A stretch of 64,000 nucleotides of DNA from Bacillota bacterium (GTDB taxonomy: Bacteria > Bacillota > Sulfobacillia > JAJZYS01 > JAJYTV01). Below are positions 49,898 to 58,698 of this stretch, piece by piece. Both the position numbers and the translations under genes were made by a program. The notes beneath the pieces are model-generated. The model made no database searches, was not told where the DNA came from, and worked only from the letters and a program-made list of their open reading frames with translations. The first letter of the stretch is position 1. Every line of letters starts with the position of its first letter. Location of the stretch: the NCBI GenBank assembly GCA_021793645.1, contig JAJYSJ010000011.1, forward strand, positions 22,515 through 86,514, read 5' to 3'.

Positions 49898-51177
49898 CAG
49901 ACCGCCTCCTCGTGCGGGGAGAATTCGCGCGGGTCCGTGATCCGTCCGCGCACGGCGGTCGCCGCGGCGACGGCGGGTCCCGCGAGGAACACCTCGGCCT
50001 CGCGGTCGCCCATGCGGCCGACATAGTTGCGGTTCGACGTGGAAAGGCAGCGCTCTCCCTTCCCCAGCACCCCCATGTGGCCGCCGAGGCACGGCCCGCA
50101 GGTGGAGGTGCTGACAGACGCCCCGGCCTCGACGAAGACCTCGATCAGACCCTCGCGCAGCGCCGCCTTGTAGACGTCCTGCGTGGCCGGGATGACGATG
50201 AGGCGGGTCTCTGGGTGGACCTTCTTGCCGCGCAGGATGGCCGCCGCCGTGCGCAGGTCCGACAGGCGCCCGTTGGTGCACGAGCCGATGAAGACCTGAT
50301 CGATCGTGACGTCCCCGACATCGCTGATGCCCCGCGTGAGGGACGGCAGCGATGGGAACGCAACCTGCGGCTCGAGCTGCGAGACGTCGATCTCGTACTC
50401 CTCGACGTAGGTCGCGCCGGGGTCCGCTTGGTAGACGCGCCAGGGGCGCTGGGCCCTCCCCTCCTCATAGCGCAGGGTGAGGTCGTCGGTGGCGCAGATG
50501 CCAACTTTCCCGCCCGCCTCGATCGTCATGTTGGACATCGTCAGGCGGTCCTCCATCGGGAGGTCCGAGATGACCTCGCCCGTGAACTCCATGGCCCGGT
50601 AGAGGGCGCCGTCGTCGCCGATCAGGCGGATCGTGTGCAGGATGAGGTCTTTGCCTGTGACATAGGCGCGGCGCTTGCCGTAGTAGGTGAAGCGCATCGA
50701 CTCCGGCACCTTGAACCAGGTGCGGCCGGTCGCCATGGCGTAGGCGAGGTCGGTGGAGCCGACGCCGGTCGCGAATGCGCCGAGGCCACCGTAGGTGCAG
50801 GTGTGGGAGTCCGCCCCGATCACGATGTCTCCGGGGACGACGATGCCGCGCTCGGGAAGGAGTGTGTGCTCGATGCCGCCCGTGCCCTCCGGGTAGTAGT
50901 GCTTGATCGCCTGCTCGCGGGCGAAGCGGCGCATGATCTGGGTCTGGTCGGCGGAGTTGATGTCCTTCGCCGGGACGAAGTGGCTCATCACGAGCGCTAC
51001 GCGTTCCGCATCGAAGACCCGGGTCGCACCGGCGGCCTCGAACTCGCGGATGGCGATCGGGGCAGTGATGTCGTTGCCCATCACGAGGTCGACTGGCGTC
51101 TCGACGATCTCTCCGTGATGCACCCGCGCAAGGCTGGAGCGGTCTGCGAGCATCTTCTCCGCAAGGGTCATCGCCAC
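49897..51177 (-). CDS. leuC: 3-isopropylmalate dehydratase large subunit
   Basis: GADSHTCT, IGSCTNGR, CGPCLG, STSNRN. Confidence 0.94.
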   Translation of the reverse strand: MAMTLAEKMLADRSSLARVHHGEIVETPVDLVMGNDITAPIAIREFEAAGATRVFDAERVALVMSHFVPAKDINSADQTQIMRRFAREQAIKHYYPEGTGGIEHTLLPERGIVVPGDIVIGADSHTCTYGGLGAFATGVGSTDLAYAMATGRTWFKVPESMRFTYYGKRRAYVTGKDLILHTIRLIGDDGALYRAMEFTGEVISDLPMEDRLTMSNMTIEAGGKVGICATDDLTLRYEEGRAQRPWRVYQADPGATYVEEYEIDVSQLEPQVAFPSLPSLTRGISDVGDVTIDQVFIGSCTNGRLSDLRTAAAILRGKKVHPETRLIVIPATQDVYKAALREGLIEVFVEAGASVSTSTCGPCLGGHMGVLGKGERCLSTSNRNYVGRMGDREAEVFLAGPAVAAATAVRGRITDPREFSPHEEAV

Positions 51178-52740
51178 TTAGATCGCCTCCCTTCCGGTGG
51201 GGTGCTGGCGTGCGGCCTGCGCGCGTACGGCGGCTGCCTTGTTGAGGGCGTGGAGGTACGCGAGCGCGCTCGCCTCGAGGATGTCTGTGGAGACGCCGCT
51301 GCCGACGAAGGTCTGCCCCACGTACGCGATGCTGCAGCGCACCTCGCCCTGGGCGTCCGAGCCGCCGCCGACCGACTGGATCGCGTAGTCCTTGAGATCC
51401 GCCTCGAGGCCCGTCGCGCGCTGGAGCGCCCGATAGAGCGCCTCGACCGGCCCCTGGCCGACGGCGGCCTCGCGCGTCACCTTGCCGGATGCCGCGCCGC
51501 TCTGCGTCGAAACGCCCACGGTGGCCGTGGAAGGCGCCCCGCCCGCGCTCGATACGTGGTAGTGGACGAGTTCGTAGGAGTCGTCGAAGCGGTAGATCTC
51601 GTCCTCGACGAGCGACTGGACATCCTGGTCCGTCACCTGCTTCTTCTTGTCGGTGAGGGCCTTGAAGCGGCGGAACAGTTCGTGCTGCTCCGCTTCCGGC
51701 AGCTCGTAGCCGAGTGCCTGGAGCTTCTTCTGGAAGGCGTGTCGGCCGGAGTGCTTGCCCATCACGAGCTGCGTCTCGCCCTGCCCGATGTCCTGGGGGT
51801 TCATGATCTCGTAGGTGGTGCGCTCCTTGATGACGCCGTCCTGGTGGATGCCGGCCTCGTGGGCGAAGGCGTTCGCCCCGACCACGGCCTTGTTGGGCTG
51901 CACCGGCATGCCGGTGAGGCGGCTGACGAGCCGGCTCGTGCGCCCGATCTCCTTGGCATCGATGCCGGTCTCCATCTGGAAGAAGTCCTTGCGGGTGGCG
52001 ATCGCCATCGCGACCTCCTCGAGGGAGGTGTTGCCGGCGCGCTCCCCGATCCCGTTCACCGCCACCTCGCACTGGTCTGCGCCGGCCGCGAGGCCCGCGA
52101 GGGTGTTCGCGACCGCGAGGCCGAGGTCGTCGTGGCAGTGCACCGAGATGTGCACCTTGTCGCCGCCAGGCACCTTTTCGCGCACGCCGCGCACTAGTGC
52201 GGCGAACTCCTCGGGCGTCGTGTAGCCGACTGTGTCCGGGATGTTGATCGTCGTGGCGCCGGCCGCGATCGCTGCGGCGATCGCCCGGAAAACGAACGCC
52301 GGGTCCGAACGCATCGCGTCCTGGCCGGAGAATTCCACGTCGTCGACGTACCTGCGCGCCGCCTCGATCGAGGCGACGCTCATCGCGATCACCTCGTCCT
52401 CGGACTTTCGCAGCATGTACTGGAGGTGTACGGCTGAGAACGAGGTGAAGACGTGGATGCGGGGCTTCGCCGCGGCCTCCAGTGCCTTCGCCGCGGCCTC
52501 GATGTCTGCGGTGTGGGTGCGCGCGAGGGCAGCGATCACAGGCGTGCGCACCTCGCGCGCGATCGCCCGCACGGCCGAGAGGTCGCCTTCGGAGGTGATC
52601 GGGAAGCCCGCCTCGATGATGTCGACGCCGAGGCGCTCGAGCTGCCTCGCGATCTCGATCTTCTCCTGGCCCATCAGGTTGACGCCCGGGGACTGCTCCC
52701 CGTCGCGCAGCGTCGTGTCGAAGATCCGGATGCGGCGCAT
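51178..52740 (-). CDS. leuA: 2-isopropylmalate synthase
   Basis: FDTTLRDGEQ, HCHDDLG, NGIGERAGN, HEAGIHQDG, C-terminal regulatory domain. Confidence 0.95.
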   Translation of the reverse strand: MRRIRIFDTTLRDGEQSPGVNLMGQEKIEIARQLERLGVDIIEAGFPITSEGDLSAVRAIAREVRTPVIAALARTHTADIEAAAKALEAAAKPRIHVFTSFSAVHLQYMLRKSEDEVIAMSVASIEAARRYVDDVEFSGQDAMRSDPAFVFRAIAAAIAAGATTINIPDTVGYTTPEEFAALVRGVREKVPGGDKVHISVHCHDDLGLAVANTLAGLAAGADQCEVAVNGIGERAGNTSLEEVAMAIATRKDFFQMETGIDAKEIGRTSRLVSRLTGMPVQPNKAVVGANAFAHEAGIHQDGVIKERTTYEIMNPQDIGQGETQLVMGKHSGRHAFQKKLQALGYELPEAEQHELFRRFKALTDKKKQVTDQDVQSLVEDEIYRFDDSYELVHYHVSSAGGAPSTATVGVSTQSGAASGKVTREAAVGQGPVEALYRALQRATGLEADLKDYAIQSVGGGSDAQGEVRCSIAYVGQTFVGSGVSTDILEASALAYLHALNKAAAVRAQAARQHPTGREAI

Positions 52741-52768
52741 CGCTTGCCCTCCTCTCTCGGTTCGAAAC

Positions 52769-53806
52769 CTAGCGGCTGGCCTTCTCTGCCTTGGGCTCTT
52801 CCATGTCGGGCGGCGTCTTGCTGCCGAGCCACGGCATCATGGCGCGCAGCTCGCGTCCGACGGTCTCCAGGGGATGATGGCGCTCTTCATTCCTGCGCGC
52901 CTGGTAGACGGGCCGGCCAGCCTGGTTCTCGAGGATCCAGTCGCGGGCGAAACTGCCGTCCTGGATCGCGCGCAGGACCCTTTGCATGTTCTCCTTGACG
53001 TGCGCGTCCACGACCTGGGGGCCGCGGGTCATGTCGCCGTACTCGGCGGTGTCCGAGATGGAGTAGCGCATCCAGCTGAGACCGCCCTCGTACATCAGGT
53101 CGACGATCAGCTTCATTTCGTTCATCACTTCGAAGAAGGCGATCTCCGGCTGGTAGCCGGCCTCTGTGAGGGTCTCGAAACCGCTCTTGATCAGCTGCGT
53201 CACACCGCCGCAGAGCACGGCCTGCTCCCCGAAGAGGTCCGACTCGGTCTCCTCCTGGAAGGTCGTCTCGATCACGCCGGCGCCGGTGCAGCCGATGCCC
53301 CAGGCGAAGGCGAGGCCCCTCTGGTACGCGTTGCCGGTCGCGTCCTGGGCGACGGCGAGCAGACCCGGCACGGAGGCTCCCTCGGTGAAGCGGCGGCGGA
53401 ACTGGTGGCCGGGCGCCTTCGGTGCGACCATAAAGACGTCGACGTCCTTCGGCGGCTGCACCTGGCCGTAGTGGATGTTGAAGCCGTGCGAGAAGCTGAT
53501 CGCCATTTGGGGCCGCAGGTTCGGCGCGATCGACTCCTGGAAGACGGCGCGCTGCGTCTCGTCCGGAAGGAGGATGTGTACGACGTCGGCGCGGCGGGTC
53601 GCCTCCGCGACGTCGTACACTTCGAAGCCGTCCGCCTTCGCCTGCTCCGCCGTGCGGCCGGGCCGGATCCCGATGATCACCTTGAAGCCGCGGTCCCTGA
53701 GATTCTGCGCCTGCGCGTGGCCCTGGCTGCCGTAGCCAACCACCGCGATCGTCTGTCCCGCGAGGGCACCCCTGTCTGCGTCGTGGTCGTAGTAGATCTT
53801 CGCCAT
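52769..53806 (-). CDS. ilvC: Ketol-acid reductoisomerase
   Basis: [38 protein letters not shown]. Confidence 0.96.
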   Translation of the reverse strand: MAKIYYDHDADRGALAGQTIAVVGYGSQGHAQAQNLRDRGFKVIIGIRPGRTAEQAKADGFEVYDVAEATRRADVVHILLPDETQRAVFQESIAPNLRPQMAISFSHGFNIHYGQVQPPKDVDVFMVAPKAPGHQFRRRFTEGASVPGLLAVAQDATGNAYQRGLAFAWGIGCTGAGVIETTFQEETESDLFGEQAVLCGGVTQLIKSGFETLTEAGYQPEIAFFEVMNEMKLIVDLMYEGGLSWMRYSISDTAEYGDMTRGPQVVDAHVKENMQRVLRAIQDGSFARDWILENQAGRPVYQARRNEERHHPLETVGRELRAMMPWLGSKTPPDMEEPKAEKASR

Positions 53807-53824
53807 CTGCGCTGCCTCCTTCGA

Positions 53825-54370
53825 TTATCGGGCTTGGATCTGCGCGAGATCGTCCGGTGGCGATCTCCCGTCCTCCCCGTCCTCGCGGAAGACGCCTGGG
53901 CCACGCAGCATCGCGACGGCCCCGGTGCGGGCGACCTCGAGGACGCCGAACTCGTGCATCACCTCGATCAGCGCGTTGACCTTGCCGCTGTCTCCGGTCG
54001 TTTCGAGGACGACGGAGCTGGGACTCACGTCGATCACGGCGGCGCGGAAGGTCTGGGCGATCTGCATCACCTCGGCGCGGTGTCCGGTGTCTGTGCGGAC
54101 CTTGATGAGGGCGAGCTCGCGTTCGACGGAGGTGCCCTCCGCCATGTGGTAGACCCCGACCACCTCGATGAGCTTGCCGAGCTGGCGCTGCATCTGGACG
54201 CGGACCGCGTCCTCCCCCTCCGCCCGCAGCGTGATCCAGGAGGTGCCCGGATCGTCGGTCGGTCCGACGGCGAGGCTTTGGATGTTGTAGCCGCGCCGGC
54301 TGAACAGGCTCGCGACCCGCGCCAGGACGCCGGCCTCGTTGTCGACCAGGATGCCAAGGGTGAACTCCAT
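53825..54370 (-). CDS. ilvN: Acetolactate synthase small (regulatory) subunit
   Basis: NEAGVLARVASLFSRRGYNI, RELALIKV, ARTG; start MEFTLG after GGGAGG. Confidence 0.93.
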   Translation of the reverse strand: MEFTLGILVDNEAGVLARVASLFSRRGYNIQSLAVGPTDDPGTSWITLRAEGEDAVRVQMQRQLGKLIEVVGVYHMAEGTSVERELALIKVRTDTGHRAEVMQIAQTFRAAVIDVSPSSVVLETTGDSGKVNALIEVMHEFGVLEVARTGAVAMLRGPGVFREDGEDGRSPPDDLAQIQAR

Positions 54371-54397
54371 CGCCATCGCCTCCCAGCGGGAATTGGG

Positions 54398-54675
54398 AAA
54401 CAAAAAAGACATCGTCCTCGCCCCTCAAGGGCGACACGATGTCGCGGTACCACCTTGTTCGCCTCCCGGGCCCGCACGCAGCGGTGTCCCAGGAAGCCTC
54501 AATTACGGATAACGGCTTTTGTTCGCCGGCCCGCCTATTTGTCCCGGAAATCACTAACCGGGGTGTTCAGCGGGCTGCTCTGGGAGGAGTGCTGTCTTGC
54601 CCTGCAGGACCGGCTTTCAGCCGTGGCCGGCTCTCTATTGCCCTTGGGCGAAGGCGCGCGTCCCATCATCGCGTC
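54398..54675 (-). promoter_or_regulatory. T-box riboswitch leader of the ilv-leu operon (probable Leu specifier CUC)
   Basis: Minus strand: GA motif GCGATGA, AG box AGAGAG, GCTGAAA loop, T-box AAGGTGGTACCGCG (54443-54456), terminator GACATCGT...ACGATGTC-TTTTTTGTTT; candidate specifier CTC at 54587-54589. Confidence 0.9.
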
Positions 54676-55071
54676 GGGACTTTCAGTTGTCAAAGGTCTC
54701 TGGGCCAATGAAATCGCCCGGGGGCGCGCTCCGCGCAAGCAGAGCTTGCGTGGAACTTGCCGCCAGGCGTTTTGTGCCAGCGGTGTACCCGGAAGTCCCG
54801 GGCCTGTACTGCTCGGTCCAGCCCACCCGATGAGGAGTGCGGAACCCTAAGTACACTTCCACCCTCTATGGCCTTGCCACTTCTCGCCTTACGGGAAGTG
54901 GAAGGTTGTTAGGCGAGACTATACAGGAGCGGCGAGCGATCCGTCAACGGGGTCCGTGCAGATCTTAACGCATTCGGTCTGCACGATCTGCCGTCCAAAC
55001 CGTTCACCTTGGTCGGGCGCATGCCGCAAAGGCGTCTCTCGTTCGCTAAACCGATTACAAATTGCCCATCA

Positions 55072-55100
55072 TTGCTTCTATTACCATTCCGTGGTACATT
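55072..55100 (+). promoter_or_regulatory. Sigma70/SigA-type promoter driving the c-di-GMP riboswitch
   Basis: TTGCTT-17 nt-TACATT with extended -10 TG, immediately upstream of the aptamer. Confidence 0.7.
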
Positions 55101-55104
55101 TGGC

Positions 55105-55195
55105 AAAACGACAAAGGCAAACCCGGCGAAAGCCGGGGACGCAAAGCTACGGGCCTATGCCCCGCATTGGGGCACGGCCGCCGGGCTGCCGAATG
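55105..55195 (+). ncRNA. Cyclic di-GMP-I (GEMM) riboswitch aptamer
   Basis: GGCAAACCCGGC-GAAA-GCCGGGGACGCAAAGC..GGGCCTA..ACGGC.GCCGGGCTGCCGAA matches the GEMM-I consensus (GNRA tetraloop and receptor). Confidence 0.9.
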
Positions 55196-55203
55196 ACGTA
55201 ACG

Positions 55204-55240
55204 GGGGCCCTTCGCTTCGGCGCAGGGCCCTTGTCTATTT
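55204..55240 (+). terminator. Intrinsic terminator (riboswitch expression platform)
   Basis: GGGCCCT..cgcTTCGgcg..AGGGCCC followed by TTGTCTATTT. Confidence 0.7.
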
Positions 55241-55486
55241 GCCGAAATGGGGATTGAGCCGTGCGCAGAGGATCCGAGTTCGTTCACTGCCGCCGTATGC
55301 CCGGATCAGCCATTGCGACCTGCGGCACCGTCGCCGACAGTAGACTCGCAGAGATCAGGGTCGCGATCGCCACCCATGCTTTGCCCGCCAGCGCGTTCAC
55401 CTCGTTCACGAGCGCTAGGGCATAGCGTCTGTCTCAGCAACCATCTTCTTGCGGGATGCCCAATACATGCCCGCTTCCTGGGAGGG

Positions 55487-56044
55487 ATGAGGCCAGTGCG
55501 TAGAAAGACCAGCGTGGCCCGCCTTCCGCCTTCCGACCGTTGGGCGCTCGCTTCGATCTGGCTCGTCTTCGCTGCGACCCTAGTGTTCTCCGCCTGGAGC
55601 TATGCGGTGGATGGGTGGTCTGCGGCGGCGTTCTGGCTGGCCGGGCAGGTGCTGGGATGGGCACTCGAATTCATCACGCTCGCTGCCTTCTTCGCGGCGC
55701 TCCTCCTGATCCTCCACGCTTGGCCTGGCAGAAGGCCTTACTGGCGCAGCGTCCTTGTGACGGCGGTGCTCGGCACGGTCCCGTCGAGTGTCGTAACGGC
55801 CGACTTCGACGCCCACTCCTTCGCAAGCATCGCCTGCTGCACAGCGCCAACCTTCTGGAACTGCCTGATCCTGCACTCCAGGCCGGAACTCGTGGTCTTC
55901 GACCTTCTCACCCTTGCACTTTCTGTCTGGGTCGCCCTGCTCTACTTCCCCGCCGTTCGCGGTTGGCGGTTCGGCATGTACCTGGTGCTGTCAGCGATCG
56001 TGCTACTCGCGCTGCCTGTGTCATTCCCATTGCATACCCCTTGA
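55487..56044 (+). CDS. Hypothetical multi-pass membrane protein, cassette copy 1 (intact)
   Basis: ATG overlaps the TGA of the preceding RDAQY..SWEG* tail (GGGAGGG-ATGA); PSDRWAL, AWPG, PELVVFDLL, LLYFP..GWR motifs recur in later copies. Confidence 0.75.
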   Translation: MRPVRRKTSVARLPPSDRWALASIWLVFAATLVFSAWSYAVDGWSAAAFWLAGQVLGWALEFITLAAFFAALLLILHAWPGRRPYWRSVLVTAVLGTVPSSVVTADFDAHSFASIACCTAPTFWNCLILHSRPELVVFDLLTLALSVWVALLYFPAVRGWRFGMYLVLSAIVLLALPVSFPLHTP

Positions 56045-56269
56045 TACCCTGCCCTGACGCGGCAGCGCCCTGCGATTCTCCCTGCGTCGAGTTTCGTGAG
56101 CCGCGTCCTGCTTCGCCGCTCGCTCAGCGGGAGGTGTCAGGAGGCGCCGAGGTCGTCCAGGATCTCCTAGCGGATGCGCAGGACCTCCTCGATCACGCGC
56201 GCCTCGCTGCCGTAGAAGCGCTACGCCGCCACCGTCGGAGCCCGTCCCCTTCACGGTCACTCGGTCGCT

Positions 56270-56724
56270 CGCCCAGTTGTTCGGCGACCGACAGCCTCTC
56301 GGGCGTCGACACGGTGGAAGCGAGCGTCTACGCTCAGGCCGCCACGAACGGCGAAGCCATCCAGCTGTGGCAGCTCCCTCTCGGACCGGTTCCGTTCACG
56401 GTGACGACCATTGACAACGCGGGCAACATCGGCAACCAGACGGTCACCTTCACCATGACGGCGAGCATCGCGAGCATGGAAGACCTCGTCGGACGGTTCG
56501 TATCCACGGGGCTGATCGCGAACCGGGGCCTGGCGAAGAGCCTGACCGCAAAGCTGCGCGCAGCCGAGGCATCTCAGTCGCGGGGCGACCAGGCGGCAGC
56601 AGCGAACGAACTCGGGGCGTTCGTGAACGAGGTGAACGCGCAGGCGGGCAAGGGCGTCGCACCCGTCGCCGCAGCGGTGCTCCTGCGTGACGCCCAGTAC
56701 ATACTCGCCTCCTGGGAGGGATGA
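56270..56724 (+). pseudogene. Orphan C-terminal fragment of a secreted protein (Ig-like plus FIMAH-like helical domain)
   Basis: SATDSLSGV..LPLG..TTIDNAGN..TF followed by LVGRF..GLIANRGLAKSLTAKL..NELGAFVNEVNAQAGKGV..LLRDAQY; no N-terminus. Confidence 0.75.
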
Positions 56725-57270
56725 ACCTCGTGGACGTCACAGCAGACGGCTGCCCCCCGAAGCGATCCGACCGGTGGGCAGTTCGCGTACTTTGGATCGT
56801 CCTGGTCGCCTCGGTAGGGTTCGGCGCATGGAGCTACGTGGAGGGCGGTCTGCCCTATGCCGTTACGTAACGGCGGGACCGAACTGGTCCTCTGGGGCTG
56901 GGAAATCCTCGTGATCGCTGTCATCTTCGCCGCCCTCTCGTTGGGGCTTTCGGCCTGGCCGGGAAAGCGCGCGTTCTGGCTCGGCGTTACGGTGATGACC
57001 GTCCTCACCGACGTCCCTGCAAGCATCAGCACCGCCGTTCACCTGGCCCAGTTCTTCCCGCACCCGGCTCCTGCATCCACCCTCGTGGGCAACTACCTGC
57101 TCGTGCACAACTGGCCGGAACTTACCGCCTACGACCTCTTGGTCTTGGGCGTCACCGCTTGGGTTGGGCTGCTGTATTTCCCTCGCCTGCGGGGCTGGCG
57201 CCTCGCCGTCTTCTGGACAGTGACCGTCGTTTGGTGTACAGCGCTCGGATTCCTCTTTCCCGTGCACTAA
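56721..57270 (+). pseudogene. Membrane protein cassette copy 2, frameshifted
   Basis: MNLVDV..PKRSDRWAVRVLW..YAVT* (TAA 56868-56870), then continues in another frame: LWGW..SAWPG..PELTAYDLL..LLYFP..FPVH*. Confidence 0.75.
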
Positions 57271-57409
57271 GGACTCGGTTCACACCGAACCCGTCACTTG
57301 GTTCTCTCCAGGCGTGATGGCGCTCATCGTCCTGTCGCTCCCGACGCGGTCACAATGGATCCGCAGAACGCCTTGTCCCCATCCTCAGTTCTGCAGGACG
57401 CGGTTCATC

Positions 57410-57775
57410 GCAGCGCAGGAGGCGACGGCGCTCTCGATCGCCACGGAGGGCTACCACACCCTCACCTACTGGAGCGAGGACAACGCGGGCAACGTCGAAA
57501 CGCCGCACCGCGTCATCGTGCCGATCGATCTGACGCCGCCGGTCGTACAGGGAACGACCAACGTCGCGCCGAACGCGAAGGGCTGGTTCCGCACGGATGT
57601 GACCGTTCAGTGGAGCGCGTCCGACCCGCCCTTGATCGACGGGCACCCTGGCTCGGGCGGGGCCGAGGTCTCTCCACCGGTGACGGTCACCCAGGAGGGG
57701 AAGGGCATCGCGCCCGCCGCGGCGGTGGGGCTCCTGCGTGACGCCCAATATCTGCTCGCCTCCTGGGAGGAACGA
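57410..57775 (+). pseudogene. Orphan Ig-like repeat fragment fused to the FIMAH-like tail
   Basis: EGYHTLTYWSEDNAGNVE..IDLTPP..PNAKGWFRTDVTVQWSASD..TQEGKG, then directly IAPAAAVGLLRDAQYLLASWEE. Confidence 0.7.
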
Positions 57776-58240
57776 ACCTCGTGGACATGGCGCGAGAGAC
57801 AGCCCCCCGAAGCGATCTGACCGGTGGGCGGTCCGAGTGCTTTGGATCGTCCTGCTCGCCACGGCGGGCTTCGTCGCATGGGCTTACGCGGTGGGTGGAC
57901 CGCTATCCGCATTGGTGTTCGCACTGACTGATCTGATCCTGTGGGGCTGGGGCATCGTCAAGGTCGGCATGATCTTCGCCGTCCTCTCGCTGGGGCTTTC
58001 GGCGTGGCCTGGAGCGCGTTCCCTCTGGCTCGGCGCCACGGTGGTATCGGTCCTCGTTTCCGTCCCCGCAAGCATCGTGCAGGCCCCTCAGGTCACCGCC
58101 TACGACCTCTCGGTCTTGGCCGTCCCCACCTAGGTTGCCCTACGCTATTTCCCCAACCTGCGGGGCTGGCGCTTCGCGCCTTCTGGACGGTGACCGTCGC
58201 TTGGTGTCTGGCGATTCCTGGCCTGCTACCCGTGCACTAG
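57772..58240 (+). pseudogene. Membrane protein cassette copy 3, inactivated
   Basis: Start ATG reads ACG; PKRSDRWAVRVLW, SAWPG, VTAYDL; shortened loop, TAG at 58131-58133, ends CCCGTGCACTAG like copy 2. Confidence 0.75.
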
Positions 58241-58369
58241 CGCCTGCGGCTCCAAACCTACATCATCGTGTGATTCTTCACGCTCCTGCCGCTGCACGAA
58301 GCCGCACAGCGAATCCGCAGAACGCCCTGTTCGAACTTCGGTGCTGCACTGCGCGGTCGTTGCCGCGCT

Positions 58370-58470
58370 TGTGGGAGGCATCAGGTCGGTAGACAAGACA
58401 ACCAGCACGGATCCTCACCGGCCGTCCGACCGTTGGGCACTTGTTGCGCTTTGGCTCGTCTTCGTCGGAG
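58370..58470 (+). pseudogene. Truncated fourth membrane-protein cassette start
   Basis: TGGGAGG followed by RPSDRWALVALWLVFV, most similar to copy 1 (PSDRWALASIWLVFA). Confidence 0.6.
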
Positions 58471-58698
58471 TCTACGAACGAGATCGCGACGGGGGATTTG
58501 AAGGGGGTCATGTACACCGCGGCGCCTTCCTGAACGCGCTCGGCGGGGTCTCCAGGCAAAGCTCCATCCCCAGAGCGTCTACCTCTGGACGCTGCCGATG
58601 GTTCTCTGCAACGACAACTCGTGGGTCGCAGGTCTTCGTCCGGTCGTCCGGTTGAGCAAGAAGGATGTGCGGGCAGATGGCCTCCTTGGAAACGCCTC

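Noticed and set aside
54665-54693. TTGACA-17 nt-GATGAT on the minus strand as the ilv-leu promoter
   Set aside because: The -10 candidate coincides with the T-box stem I GA motif, so transcription from it would truncate the riboswitch; left unassigned
40211-54850. Very long antisense or alternate-frame ORFs (e.g. 40211-42334, 49912-52197, 52232-54850)
   Set aside because: They overlap well-supported genes, have no recognisable motifs, and are expected shadows in high-GC coding DNA
55247-56724. Track ORFs 55247-56044 and 55540-56724 taken at full length
   Set aside because: Only 55487-56044 and about 56270-56724 look protein-like; the upstream extensions run through scrambled or out-of-frame DNA
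55400-58470. Cassette array as a CRISPR array, integron or diversity-generating retroelement
   Set aside because: No short regularly spaced repeats, attC-like sites, integrase or reverse transcriptase were seen; the repeats are gene-sized and differ at all base types
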